This document shows positions 14,466 through 28,718 of a stretch of 64,000 nucleotides of DNA, one piece after another (the first letter of the stretch is position 1; each line of letters opens with the position of its first letter). The stretch lies in assembly GCF_009914755.1 (NCBI RefSeq), contig NC_060936.1. One strand, given 5' to 3'. The notes beneath the pieces were generated by a model that saw only the letters and a program-made list of their open reading frames with translations, was not told the DNA's origin and ran no database searches. The stretch comes from the human T2T-CHM13v2.0 reference genome, Homo sapiens. Position numbers and translations under genes: made by a program.

Positions 14466-14590
14466 AACCAGCATAGCACATGTTTACCTATGTAGCCAAC
14501 CTGCACATCCTGCACATGTATTAAAGTAAAATAAAATAAAATAACAAAAAACTTAAAGTAAAATAAAATAAAATTTAAAAACCCACAAAA
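14466..14590 (+). mobile_element. Very short L1PA 3'-end insertion in MER4-int
   Basis: GCACATGTTTACCTATGTAGCCAACCTGCACATCCTGCACATGTA plus A-rich tail; decayed TSD AACATTGCCGATC / AATGTTGCTAATC. Confidence 0.75.
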
Positions 14591-15827
14591 AATGTTGCTA
14601 ATCCTTTGTTTTGATTTTCAGAATTAAGAAAACTAATGTGAGCTATTTACAGCTTGTAGCAATTGAAGAAAGTACACTACTGTGAACAAAATTTGGAGCA
14701 TATTTCTTTCTCTCTACCTGATTTCTCCAGGGTTTGGAAACTATTTGTGAGTATTCTTAATTTACAGGAATATAGTTATTCGCATCAGTGCAATAAGCAT
14801 GTGTTACAACTGGATACCATTAGAGAAACTGGTTATTTTACCAAGACTTTGACTGGAATGGTGTGCTTTCCTTAAGGAACCAAACTTGACTTATAGATCC
14901 AATAAAAGCCCATTGGGAAAACTGGCCTCATACCTTGTCTCCTCAGTCCCTGTACAGGGTTTCTGATCTGTGGTAAGTAAAGAACGTCACTTTCTGAGAG
15001 GCCCAGGAGTCCCAAGTTATCCTGGGACCTCAAGAGGAAAAGAATTTACCCAACTCAATAGGTATTTGACGGTACAGAGCCATGACTGGGATCAGCTTTT
15101 AAAAAGACTTTCTGAGATTCCTTCTATAGAACAAAGTTCTATCAAAGCCAATTTAAAAGCCCATGTGAAAAATAATTATTCTTGCTGCACTTTATAAAAA
15201 TAGTCGGGCCAAGTATAATAAAGTAAATCAGTCCTACCATGATTTGTCTTTAGTAAAAATGGGAAACGAGAGAGAGAAATTATGGATCAAAAACTATAGT
15301 ACATCTGTTGTTAGATTCTAGTCTTGCCTAATGTTTTTCAATTTTTATTATTTTCTTCAGCTTAGACTGAATTCTAATTTTTCCTGGCTATAAGTCTCCA
15401 AAATAATCTTTTCAATTTTTTTCTTCTTTTTCTTTTTCCCCTATTTTTGCTGATTTAAAATCACTGAAAGCTAAGCTATGCTTTCTTAAAGACTTGCAAA
15501 CTGAAGCTAGATAACTTAAACTTCAGAAGAAAATAACAGCAGCCTATTTACACACATAAGCCACTTTCATACCTGCCTACTGATGTATGGGCTTCAGAGT
15601 AATCGAGTTTCCAGGATTGTTCTTTTTTTGTTTGTTGTTGTTTTTCTCCCTTCCTCACCCTAGTTTCTCTTTGTAGGATGTAAGACTTCACAACCTGCTA
15701 AAAATGAACTTTCCTAACAACATGGGACCTACCCGTCTAGGAATAAACTATTTTAACCATGAGAGATCAGACAAAATCTGAGACCAGAGACTCATTTTCT
15801 TCTAAAACGCTTTCTCTGAAAGATTTT

Positions 15828-15845
15828 AAAAAGAAAAGGTGGAAG
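15828..15845 (+). promoter_or_regulatory. Polypurine tract of the provirus
   Basis: AAAAAGAAAAGGTGGAAG immediately before the TGTG of the 3' LTR. Confidence 0.8.
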
Positions 15846-16375
15846 TGTGAAAGGAAAATAAATCTTGGGATCTCCCAAATCACTAAGTCAAAGGGAAAAG
15901 TCAGGCTGGGAACTGCTTAGGGCAAGCCTGCCTCCCATTCTATTCCTAAAAAAGACAGCTATTAAGATTAAAAAGCTACATACCTCCCTCACAAGGAATT
16001 TCCTTGTGGACAAAGGACAGATAAAATTCAAAGTCATCCCTCTGCTGAGATAAATGCATATCTGATTGCCTCCTTTGGAAAGGCCAGTCAGAAACTCAAA
16101 AGAATGCAACCATTTGTCTCTTACCTACCTATAACCTGGAAGCCCCCTCCCCACTTTGAGTTGTCTCACCTTTCCGGACAGAACCAATGTACATCTTACA
16201 TATATTGATTGATGTCTCATGTCTCCCTAAAGTGTATAAAACCAGGCTGTGCCCCGACCACCTTGGGCACATGTCATCCGGGCCTTCTGAGGCTGTGTCA
16301 TGGGTGTGCATCCTTAACTTTGGCAAATAAACTCCTGAATTGACTGAGACCTGTCTCAGATATTTGGGGTCCACA
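15846..16375 (+). mobile_element. MER4A/MER4A1-type 3' LTR
   Basis: TGTGAAAGGAAAATAAATC...GGGGTCCACA followed by TSD GCAG (16376-16379). Confidence 0.9.
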
Positions 16376-18557
16376 GCAGTAAATGCATACATTGAAGAAA
16401 TAGGATGATTTCAAATGAACAACCTAATAAGGCACCTCAAAGAACTAGAAAAGCAAGAACAAACCAAACACAAAATTGGTAGAAGGAAAGAAATAATAAA
16501 GATCAGAGCAGAAATAAATGAAATTGAGACAAAAATACAAAAGATCAATAAAATAAAAAGTTGGGCTTTTTTGAAAAAATAAAGAAAATTGACAAACCTT
16601 TAACCAGACTAAGAAAAAAGGAGAGAAAACCCAAATAAATATTAGAGATGAAAAAGGGAACATTACAACTGGTACCACAGAAATAAAAAATGTCATTAGA
16701 GACTGCTATGAACAACTATACACCAACACATTGGAAAACCTAGAAGAACTAGATAAATTCACAGACACATGCAACCTAACAAGATAAAATTATGAAGAAA
16801 TAGAAAACCTGAACAGATCAATAACAAGTAATGAGATTGAAGCAGTAATAAAAGACATCTCCCATCAAAGAAAAGCCTGATGGATTCACTGCTGAATTCC
16901 ACCAATATTTAAAGAACTAATACCAATTCTGCTCAAACTATTCTGAAAAGTGGAAGATGACAGAATACTTTTAAATTCATCCAATGAGGCCAGCAATACC
17001 CTGATAACAAAACCAAACAAAGAAACAACAACAAAAGAAAACTACAGGCCAATATTGCTGATTAACATAGATGTAAAAATCTTCAACACAATACTTGCAA
17101 ACCAAATTCAAAAACATCTTCAAAAGATTATTCATCATGATCAAGTGGAATTTATCCTAGGGATGCAATAAATGCAAATCAATAAATATGATACATCACA
17201 TCAACAGAATGAAGGACAAAAGCCATAAAACAAATTTGGTATAGAAGGAATATACCTCAACACAATAAAGGCCATATATTACAAACCCACAGTGAATATC
17301 ATGTTAAAAAAAAATCAGAAGACTTTCCTCTAAAATCTGGAATCAGACAAGGGTGCCCACATGCACCACTTCTATTCAATATCATACTAGAAGTGCTAAC
17401 CAGAGCAATTAGGCAAGAGAAAGAAATAAAAGGTATCCAAATTGGAGAGGAAGAAGCCAACTTATCCTTGTTTGCAGACAATACGATTTTATATTTTAAA
17501 AAGCCTAAATACTCCACCAAAGAACACTTAGAGCTAATGAACAAATTCCATAATGTTGCAGGATACAAAATTAACACCCAAAAATCAGTAGCATTTATAA
17601 ACACTAACAGTGATCAATCTGAAAAAGAAATCAGGAAAGTAATCTCATTTACAATAGCTACCAAAAAATTACTAGTAATAAATTTAACCAAAGAAATGAA
17701 AGACTTCTACAAGGAAAACCATAAAACACTGATGAAAGAAATTGAAAAGTCACCAAAAAATAGAAAGATATCCCATGCTCATAGATTGGAAGAATTAATA
17801 TTATTAAAATGTTTACACTACCCAAAGAAATCTACAGATTCAATGCAATCCCTATCAAAATGCCAAAAACATTCTACACAGAAATAAAAAATAAAATCCT
17901 AAAATTTGTATGGAACCTCAAAAGACCCCAAATAGCTAAAGCAATCCTGACCAAAAAGAATATAGCTGGAGGAATCATACTACCTGATTTCAAATATACT
18001 ACAATACTATAGTAACCAGTACAGCATGGTACTGGCATAAAAACAAACACATAGACCAATGAAACAGAATAGACAACCCAGAAATAAATTCAAGCACTTG
18101 ACACCCAACTCATTTTCGACAAAAGAACCAAGAACATACATTTGGAAAAGGACAATTTCTTTAATAAGTTGTGCTAGAAAAACTGGATATTCATATGCAG
18201 AAGGGTGTAATTAGATTCTCATCTTTCACCATATACAAAAATCAACTCAAAATGGATTAAAGGCTTAAATGTAAGACTTGAAATGATAGAACTACTAAAA
18301 GAAAACATTGGGGAAACACTACAGTACATTGGTCTGAGGAAAGAGTTTTGGATAAGATCAAAAGCACAAGCAACAAAAACAAAAATAGACAAATGAGATT
18401 ACATCAAGCTAAAAATCTTCTGGACAGCAAAGGAAACAATCAACAAAGTGAAGAGATAACCCAACAATGGAAGAAAATATTTGTAAACTATCCATCCAAC
18501 AAGAGATTAATAACCAGAATATACAAGGAACTTGACCAACTTAAAAGAAAAAAAAAA

Positions 18558-19200
18558 GACATGATCTTGTTCTTTTTGATGGTCGTGTAGTATTTCATGG
18601 TGTATATGTACCACATTTTCTTTATCTAGCCTATCACTGATTCCATGTCTTTGCTATTGTGAATAGTACTGCAATGAACATATGCATGCATCTGTCTTTA
18701 TGATATAATTATTTACATTCCACCGGGGACATAACCAGTAATGGGATTGCTGGGTTGAATGGTAGTTCTGTTTTTCGCTCTTTGAGGAATTGCTGCACTG
18801 CTTTCCACGATGGTTGAACTAATTTAGACTCCCACCAACAGTGTATAAACATTCCTTTTTCTCTGCAACCTTGTCAGCATCTGTTATTTACATGGATGGA
18901 GCTTGAGGCCATTATCCTTAGCAAACTAATGCAGGAACAGAAAACCAAATACTGCATGTTCTTACTTATAAGTGGGAGCTACATGATGAGAACACATGAA
19001 CACAAAGGAGGGGAACAACAGACATTGGGGCCTACCAGATGGTGGACGGTGGGAGGAGTAGGAAGAATAACTAAAGAGTACTAGACTTAATACCTGGGCA
19101 ATAAAATAATTGTTACAACAAACCTCCGTGACACAGGCTTACCTATATAACAAACTGGCACTTGTACCCCTGAACTTAAAAGTTATTATAGAAAAAAAGG
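18558..19200 (+). mobile_element. 5'-inverted (twin-primed) older L1PA insertion inside the L1MA
   Basis: 18558-18889 is antisense L1 3' ORF2; 18890-19200 is the sense L1 3' end with an A-rich tail; host L1 resumes afterwards. Confidence 0.8.
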
Positions 19201-19785
19201 AAAAAGAAAATCTAACTTAAAAATGGACAAAAGACCTAAGTAGACATTTCTCAAAAGGAGACATACAAATGGCCAATAGGTGTATGAAACAATGTTCAAT
19301 ATCACCAGTCATCAGGGAAATGCAAATCAAAAACCATAATGAGTTGTCATCTTACCCCAGTTAGAATGGCTACTATCAAAGACAAAAAATAACAAATGCT
19401 GGCAAGGATAAAGAAAGGAAAACCCTTATACACCATTGGTGGGAATGTAATGTACATAGTACAGCCACTATAAAGAAAAGTATGAAGGTTCTGAAAAAGG
19501 CTAAAAATAGAACTACCATATGATCCAGCAATCCCACTGTTGAGTACATATTCAAAAGAAGGAAATTAATGTATCAAAGAGAGATTTGCACTCCCGTGTT
19601 TACTGCAGCATTATTCACAATAGCTAAGATGAAGAATCGACCTAAGTGTCCATCAATGGGTGAATGGATAAAGAAAATGTGGTATATATACACAATGGAA
19701 TATTATTCAGCCATAAAAATCAATGAAATCATGTTATTTGCAGCAATATGGGTGGAATTGGAAGTCATTATGTTAAATAAAATCA

Positions 19786-19984
<199 letters not shown>

Positions 19985-20637
19985 TATAGTATTCAATAGT
20001 ACAGTAGCAAAATTATAGTTAATAATTTATTTTACATTTCAAAATAGCTAGAATGAAAGAATTATAATGTTTCAACACAAAGGAAAAATAAGTGTTTTAG
20101 GTGATTGATATCCCAATACTCTGATTTGATCATTACACATTGCATACAGGTATCAAAATGTCATATGTACCCCAAAAATATGTATTTTGGGGGTAATAAA
20201 CATTTTTATTATATACCAATATAAATAAAATAAATTTTAAAATAAAAGCATTATTTATTATATTAGAAGACACATTATTCACTATTCCTTTAAAAGTTTA
20301 CTAAACTATTGGAAAAAGTAGATTTATATTTTTTCCAGAAATTTAATGTTATTTCTTGTGCCATAAAAATTGCTATGTGATACTGAATTCCAGAAAAAAG
20401 TAAAATCTCACTTCACTTGTAAACAAATATTTATTGTATTTTTGAAAAATAAAAAGTAGTTAACTAAAAATAATGCTATTATTACCATAAGTTCTCATTT
20501 TGGTAACTACAAAAAAATAGAAAAGTGACATATTTTTTAGCTTGTGCCACTTTCTCATTATGAGTTCCTTGAAATCAGAAATTATATATTTCTCATTTTT
20601 TAATCTCTAGTGCCAATCACATGTTGTTTTCTGGAGA

Positions 20638-20810
20638 GATGGAATGGATGGATGGGATGGGTGGATGAATAAGAAAGAAGGAATGGATGGATAGGATGAT
20701 GGAATAAATGAACAGATAGATAAAACAGATGTGGGGTTGTATGGAACAAATGGGATGGATGGATGGAATAAGTGGATGAAATTGATAAATGCATGGATGG
20801 AATGAATGAA
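20638..20810. repeat. Degenerate (TGGA)n simple repeat
   Basis: GATGGAATGGATGGATGGGATGGGTGGATG... Confidence 0.85.
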
Positions 20811-20929
20811 TAACTGAAGAGCTCAGAAGTTCCAGGGTTAGGTGAGTTATGGTACATGGATATTGCAGTGTAAGTGTCCATTAATTCACACAGTTACACT
20901 CATCTCTAGATGCCAAATATGTAATGCAT

Positions 20930-21290
20930 AGTGAGGCTTACAGTGATGGAGGGGACACAGGTAGATAAATAAAAATAACAATACAATGTAATCAGTATTA
21001 GGACGGGGTAAGCATCAGGTGTTACAGGAGCATAGAACACTAGGGAGAGCTTTTAAAGAGACATAGTAATTAATCTGAATCTTGGTGAAGCTGATTTTGA
21101 ACAGTATGACCTAAAACATTGCATGAGGAAGGCACATATGTACTGTATTAGCTCATTGGGAATAGTTGACTAGGTGGGCAAAAGTGGAGAGAAAACTCCA
21201 GGAAGATAAAGCAGTATGTGCCAAGGTACAGAGATATAAAACTCCATAGGATGGCCAAGAAACTACGAGTAATTTGGTATGCCTGAATTT
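20930..21290 (-). mobile_element. L2 LINE fragment
   Basis: Purine-rich L2-like segments (GCTTACAGTGATGGAGGGGACACAG...TGTGCCAAGGTACAGAG). Confidence 0.5.
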
Positions 21291-22384
21291 ATAGCAAAAG
21301 GACCCACTGAGTTATTTATTTTGATGCTATAGTTTCATTCATCTCTTAGGGTTTAATATAATGTATTTCTAATTCCTGTCAAACAGCTTGATTTATTACT
21401 TATCTTTTATTCCTCACCTCTAATTTTACAAAAATAAACCAAACCTTAAAGAAGATGATTAATTTTCATAAACTCACACATCTAATAATTGAATTGGAAC
21501 TCAAATCCAGGCCTGTATGATTTCAAACCTCTTGATGACAATGCTAATATTACTACTTAAATTCAGAAGCTCAGATAGTTTCGTAAAAAGATTTACATGA
21601 AAGGGATAGGGGTAACAAGAACTTGGTTTGGACTAGGGCAAGGACTTTAAAAAGTTGGATTATTAGGAATAATTTATATTTGAATTTGGAATAAAGTATA
21701 TAACATTACATTATAAACAGATTATTAACATAAAATCAATACCAAAGAACTATATACAAGCTTTTCTACTTCTTTTTTATGTCAGCAGAATTAACAATGA
21801 AGAAGAGGCTCAGTTACAGTGGAAAGAAATATGTTGATATTTGGGAATAAATGTTTCTTATTTTTAAAATGTTTATCATTTTTAAGTAAACAGTGCTATG
21901 GTTAAAATTCTGTACTTCTATCAATGCAGGTTTTTGTTTTTATTGTTTCCAGTATTTCCTTGATATCCATTAGAATTTAGTAAGTTTTAAAAAAATTCTA
22001 GCCATAGTTAAGCCAGAATGTGAAAGGCAAAAAAAAAAAAACGTATTTCAGTGGACCAGTATACATTGGAGGTAGAGGAAATTAGATTGATTACTTACCC
22101 TTCCCAAAAGGGAAGTAAGCTATAGTTAAGAGTCAGAAAAATAAACTATAGTCTTATCTTTAATCTCCAAGAATATGGGATGGAAAAGGTAGCAGCAAGA
22201 TTGTGTCTCCTTCTGCTAATAAAAGAGGTTTGAAAAGGAGAGAATGTAAAGGGATAAAAATCTGCCTACAATTAACCAGTTAATAAGATGGCTAGATACA
22301 TTATCTATCTGCAGATATAAATAGCTTTCTTACACATTACTAATAACATGTTCCATAATTTTTAAAAAACTTTGGTCTAGAGGT

Positions 22385-23240
22385 CTTTCTCTAGGGAGTG
22401 GCTATAATTGTAGCCCTGTCCTGATGGGACTCCAGGGGAGGTAGTTGTAGATGGTTACATTGTGCATTTCTCGGGATAGTTCTTTATCCTGGTTGACAGT
22501 CTAATGCCTAAGTGTCTAAACTGTGACCAGGAGTCCCTCTTACAGGAAATTTGTTTATACTGTGGCCCTTATGTGACTGGAGTCCATTTTTCCTACCAAG
22601 ATAGCCATTCTATAGGAGGGCCCTAATCTTTAGAAGAGCCTTCTGCCCTGTCTAGGACAGATGCTAGATTCAGGTGTGTTGGTCAGGTGAGACACAAAAG
22701 AGGAGGCACAACAAAACACATGAATAATAGAAACAGTTTTATTACATACAGATCCCTGAGAGAAGAGGGCAGCATGCTTCACAAAGCCTGTTGGAAAGGG
22801 GGAATCATCCAGGACATGTATACTCAAGCAGAAGGTAAAGAACAAGAGAAAGAGAGAGAGGAGCTATGGGACAAGCCTTTATTGGGGCCCAGGACATTAC
22901 ACAAGCAGGTTTCCCAAGGGGAATTCTAATGGACTGATTTAAAGCAAGAAAGCATGAGTTCTGTGGGGACACTGTGACTGAGAGGTGGTCACCGTGGTAT
23001 ATCTGTGCAGTCCATGCAAAGTGTGGGGGTCAGCGGGGCAGGTCAAGTAGGTTATATCTACATGTTTCACAGGAAGGTGGTCACCAGGAGGCAGTTGTAC
23101 AAGAAAGATATCTGGATTGACCACACGGAGAAACTAGGAGGAAGTGGGGAAACTGAAAACTGGGTTAAGGGTAAGTAAGCCCTGCTTCTGCTATGAGAAA
23201 GTCCAATCTATATTCAAATAGATGCTTAGGCACCATAAAA
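22385..23240 (-). mobile_element. ERVL-class LTR (MER54/MER74-like)
   Basis: CTAATGCCTAAGTGTC...GTGACCAGGAGTCCCTCTTACAGGAAA...CAGGTGTGTTGGTCAGGTGAGACAC; family from memory. Confidence 0.5.
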
Positions 23241-23309
23241 TTATAGGAATTCGCTATACATGTTTTTAAAATACTACAAAGACTGTATTCACAGTAGCAA
23301 TAAGAACTA

Positions 23310-23670
23310 TAAAATATTGACGAGTAAATGAAACAAGAAATGTACAAAATCTATTTTAAAAACTAGAACTTAAACACATAAAACATCCAACAAATGAAGA
23401 CATACGATGTTCCTGGATAGGAAGACACTATATTGTAAAGCAATGCAATTCTGATTCAAATCTCCTCAGTATTTTTAAAAAATAAATCTTAATTAGCTTA
23501 TTCCAAAAATTACAGAAAAGGTTTATAAACACTGAGTTTTAAAAAGAATAATAATAGAATAATAGGAAAGATAATTTATTCTACTAGAAATCAAAACATA
23601 CTATGCAACTAGAATAAAACAGTAAGGTATTAGCCTAGGACTAAACAAATATATTAAGGAAAAGAATGGC
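23310..23670 (+). mobile_element. Old L1 (L1M) ORF2 fragment
   Basis: GACATACGATGTTCCTGGATAGGAAGACAC..., A-rich L1 ORF2-like sequence. Confidence 0.55.
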
Positions 23671-23925
23671 GTTTAGGGGGACAATTCTGAAGTACATTTC
23701 TACAATCCTACAAGATTCCTTAGAGGTTCCCCAGCAAAATTGAGCCTCAATTGTCTACAGTAGCAATCCATTTGTTTTGTTACCACACGCTTTATTGGCC
23801 CTTTTCCTTTTCCCGTCTCACTTTTTTCACTCCTCTTGTGCTTCCTAGGATCACCTCCCAATCAGAATACCTATACTGAAGTCATTTTCTTAGACTCTTC
23901 TTTGGGAAGAACCCAAACTAAGATA
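23670..23925 (+). mobile_element. LTR16-type ERVL LTR fragment
   Basis: GGGGACAATTCTGAAG...GCTTCCTAGGATCACCTCCCAA...GAACCCAAACTAAGATA. Confidence 0.65.
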
Positions 23926-26264
23926 AGAAATACTTACGTTTTTGTTCTACATGCTCCCAAATAATATTAATTTTTCATAATGACAACATATGCATGTAGG
24001 ACTTTTGTCATCCAAAAAATTTAATTAAGAAGTATTAGGCTTAACAAATTGACTTTTAATTTTAGAGTATTGTTTTGGGATTTTATGTTTTGTTTCATTA
24101 AGGGAGGACCTCATAAATAGTAATCAATGTCTACATACTCTTCCATATATCTCAAAATTTAGATTTAGAGTCCTACAAACACTTCCAGCTCATTTTGCTC
24201 TTAGCCTTTCACATTTAGAGGCTAAAAATGTGAAATCACAGAAGATGATTCCCAAAATGAAAATGTTAAAGATTCATAAATCTATAAAAACATGCCATTT
24301 ATAAATCTGCTATCCCTCAAGAAAAAGTACTTAATGAGATTTATCTGTCCATCATCTAAAAATGTTTGAAGGTTTGTGTTGTGTACTATAATACCATAAC
24401 TAAAGGATATTTAGAAACATTATCTCTGAAGAACACGTGGATGTTAATCACCAGGTAATGGGGAAGTATGCAGAGCTGGATACGCAATCCAGTGAATAAC
24501 AGGAGAATAGTCTCAACAATTGAGTTCAGAAAATGCCATTTATTTCTACTCTAAACTGAGACCTGTTTTTTAAACAGGAAGCAGGAAGTTGAGTGCCTAG
24601 GCTAAAAGGTAACACAAGCTTAGAATAGAAAGAGGGTGATCTAAGAGGGATATGACACCATGAAGAAAAACTGGAGTTAAAAATAAATGCTCAAGATATT
24701 GCATGGTCAACAAAGAAAACCATTGGAGAAACTAGTATCATTCATATTCAAGTGTCATTGCTTGGATAAACCACACAAACCCCAGTGGGCTAGCAAATGG
24801 ATAACTTTACCATAGCTGATGATGATAGGGTAGTGGAAAAGGGACACTGATTAAGCGATGTACAACATAACCATAGGATGGTGGAGTTGTGAGTATGACA
24901 GAGGAAGACCTTTAAGTAAATACTCATATCAGAAACTTACTTCTATTCATCAAACTTCATAGGAGCAAAAAGGGAGGGTGCCTAAAACGAGATATAACAG
25001 GCATTCTTTTTAACTGAAGAAGGAAAATTCAACCTGGATCTGTTTAGCAGCCAAAAAAAAAAGAATAAGTGTAGCTAGTAGCAAAATAAATAGATAAATA
25101 AATAAATGTAGTCAAGTAGTGAAAAATTTAAAGATCACAGTAACCAATGTCTTCCTATCCTTCCAAATCTTAACAGGGAGGAGGCACTAATTAAAACCCG
25201 AGCTACATAGTATGCTAAAACTACATATGATTCCTTCATTAATGTGGGTTCTGCTACTCTCAATTATATCTTCATAACATCCCAAAGCAAAATTTCCCTT
25301 TCAACTACTAATGGCAGGTATTTGAAATACCAGTAATCAATAGATAAACAGTAGTCAAGATTTTGGTACTCAGAATGCCAGATACCCACACTTGGTGAGT
25401 AGCACAGAATGTAGAAGTTCTTAAGCTGGGAATTTAGAGTTTGTGTTAAAAGAAAGCAAGAGTTTGGAAATAGTGAGAAAGGACTATGAATCTATCTGTG
25501 CAGGTTCAATGCTATCATAATATGCCTATTAGTTCAGAATAATAAGTGAAGAATCCTTTCTCCATCAAAGAGTAGAACCAATCTTTCAATTCTGCTGATA
25601 CACATTCTTGAAGTGAAATAATTTTTTAAATAAGTGAAAGCTTAGTGTAATGTATTCTGGCATCTTTCAAGAGACCTCTTGAAGAAGCATTCAGTCAGCA
25701 ACTTCAAGTTCAGTGCAAAATGACATAAAGCCCCAGAGAAAGATTTTTGGAGCTTAGCTAGTTTCATCATGATCTATTGCTGCATAACAAACTTAGTGGC
25801 TTAAAATGACAAACATTTTATTTGTTCATAATTCTGTGGGTCAGAAACATGAGCTGGTTTCAATTGAATGGTTTGTCTGCTGACCTCACATTAGGTCACT
25901 CATGCAGATGCTGTCATGTGGAGGTCACTTGGGATGCATGGTCCAAGATAGCCTTACTCAAAAGTCTGCTGAGTTGGTGACAGCTTTGGCTGGCCTTCTG
26001 TCTCCATGTGGTCTCCTCATCCTCAAGGAGACTGGCTGGGGCATCTTCACATGGTGATGGCAACATTCCAAGAGGATAAGAGCAAAAGCTTCAAAGGTTT
26101 CCTGATGCCTAGGCTTAGAAGTCCCAAAATATTACTTCCATTGCATTCTATTGGTAAGGCAGGTCAGAACGCCAGCCCAGTTTTAAGGGTGCAGAGAAAG
26201 GATTTCACCACTTGATGAAAGAAGTAGCAAAATCACAGTTGCAAAGAAATGTATACAGATGGGA

Positions 26265-26978
<714 letters not shown>

Positions 26979-28409
26979 TTAGGAGCAGGAACAGAAGCAG
27001 AAAAGACCACAAGAGGCCTCCATACAAGAGGCTAGCCAGTATATTGATAGTGGAATCTTAGAAACAAACTGGACCACTGAGTGTTTAAATATTAAAAGAG
27101 TTAGGGGAAATACTTCCCAGGACAAACTGAAACTCTTCATTCAATGAAATATTGTCAATTCTGAAACAGTACAGGGCTATAAAATAGACCATCCGAATTT
27201 AATAATCAGAAAATTTCCCAAATATTTACTTTATTTATCTGAAATTATTTTCTGCCAGATCTTCAGATGGCTGATTTCATATTGACAATCAGCTCAAATT
27301 TTGCCTCCTCAGGGAAACCTTCCCTACCCACCCTAATTAAAGTTAACCTCACCCATCTTACCATCACGTTTTCTTCACAGCAATATTACTATCTGAAATT
27401 ACTTTAATATTTATCTACTTGTCTGTGATCTTTTTCCCTTACTAGAAGATAACCTCCATGATATTTGGGATTCTATTCACGTGTTTAGCATAGTAATATC
27501 AGCTAGTGATTAATGTTTGAAAAGGTAGCAAGGTGAAGACAAGATTTTGATAATTACTTCTCCACTAATAACCCAAGTTTAGCTCATGTCTTAACTTCTG
27601 CAATAAAGCACAAAGTAGATGATACTATCTCATCATCCCTGGGTTGAAATTACCAGGCTTTTCTTGTATAAACATGCCGTCTTGGAACTTCCTATTAAGT
27701 TACAGATTCCAGTCTTTGGAATGCATCTAATTCATCTCATTTTTTTTTCATTTCTAAAACTGAAAAAAATGCCTCATTTATTATGTAAGTTAAATCAGAT
27801 CCAATTTGTAAAATAAGTAGTACAGTACCTGGTATAGTGAAGGTACTCAATAAATGGTAGTTACACTATTATTCTCCACTGTTCAATTGTGAATTATTAG
27901 GCTCACACACAACTCAAACCCAATCAATATTCCATTACTTTTTGCTTTAAGTTACCAACTCCAGTCTCCTCTTTCTGAAGGATTCTGTGACTCCTCAGAA
28001 GGTCCTAGAAAACATCTGATCATTGATGTTTACAATTTTCCCATGTCCAATGCAGAAATATAACACTACTGGCATGCATAGAATCAGAGTAACACATACA
28101 GAATCAGATAAGATGTTCTTTTCACATGTGGTCATACAGTATCAAATAAAATGTTCTTGCCTGCTGAGAGCAGTCTTTCTGATTTTCTTAGTCTTCAGAC
28201 ATTATAGTCATCATTTACCCCTTCTCCACAAAACCCAGGCCTCCCTCATCTAAGCTTATGTTGCTCATCAGATGGTAATCTCCCCACTTTCTCTATTCTT
28301 ACAATTCCATGTTCCAGCAATAGGTAACTTCTCTTAGTAATGGTGCCTTTTATGCTATCCATGCCTCAGATATTTTGTCATCTTACTTTTATTAATGTTA
28401 CTGTAATGA

Positions 28410-28718
<309 letters not shown>

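Noticed and set aside
16950-18590. ORFs with reverse-transcriptase-like peptides
   Set aside because: These are fragmented L1 ORF2 relics with stops, frameshifts and a mutated catalytic motif (FADN); they are non-functional.
20600-20881. His/Pro/Ser-rich 93-aa ORF
   Set aside because: It is the translation of the (TGGA)n simple repeat.
22092-22119. Hairpin CTTACCCTTCCC-AAAA-GGGAAGTAAG
   Set aside because: The stem is short and bulged, plausible by chance in 64 kb, and has no supporting context.
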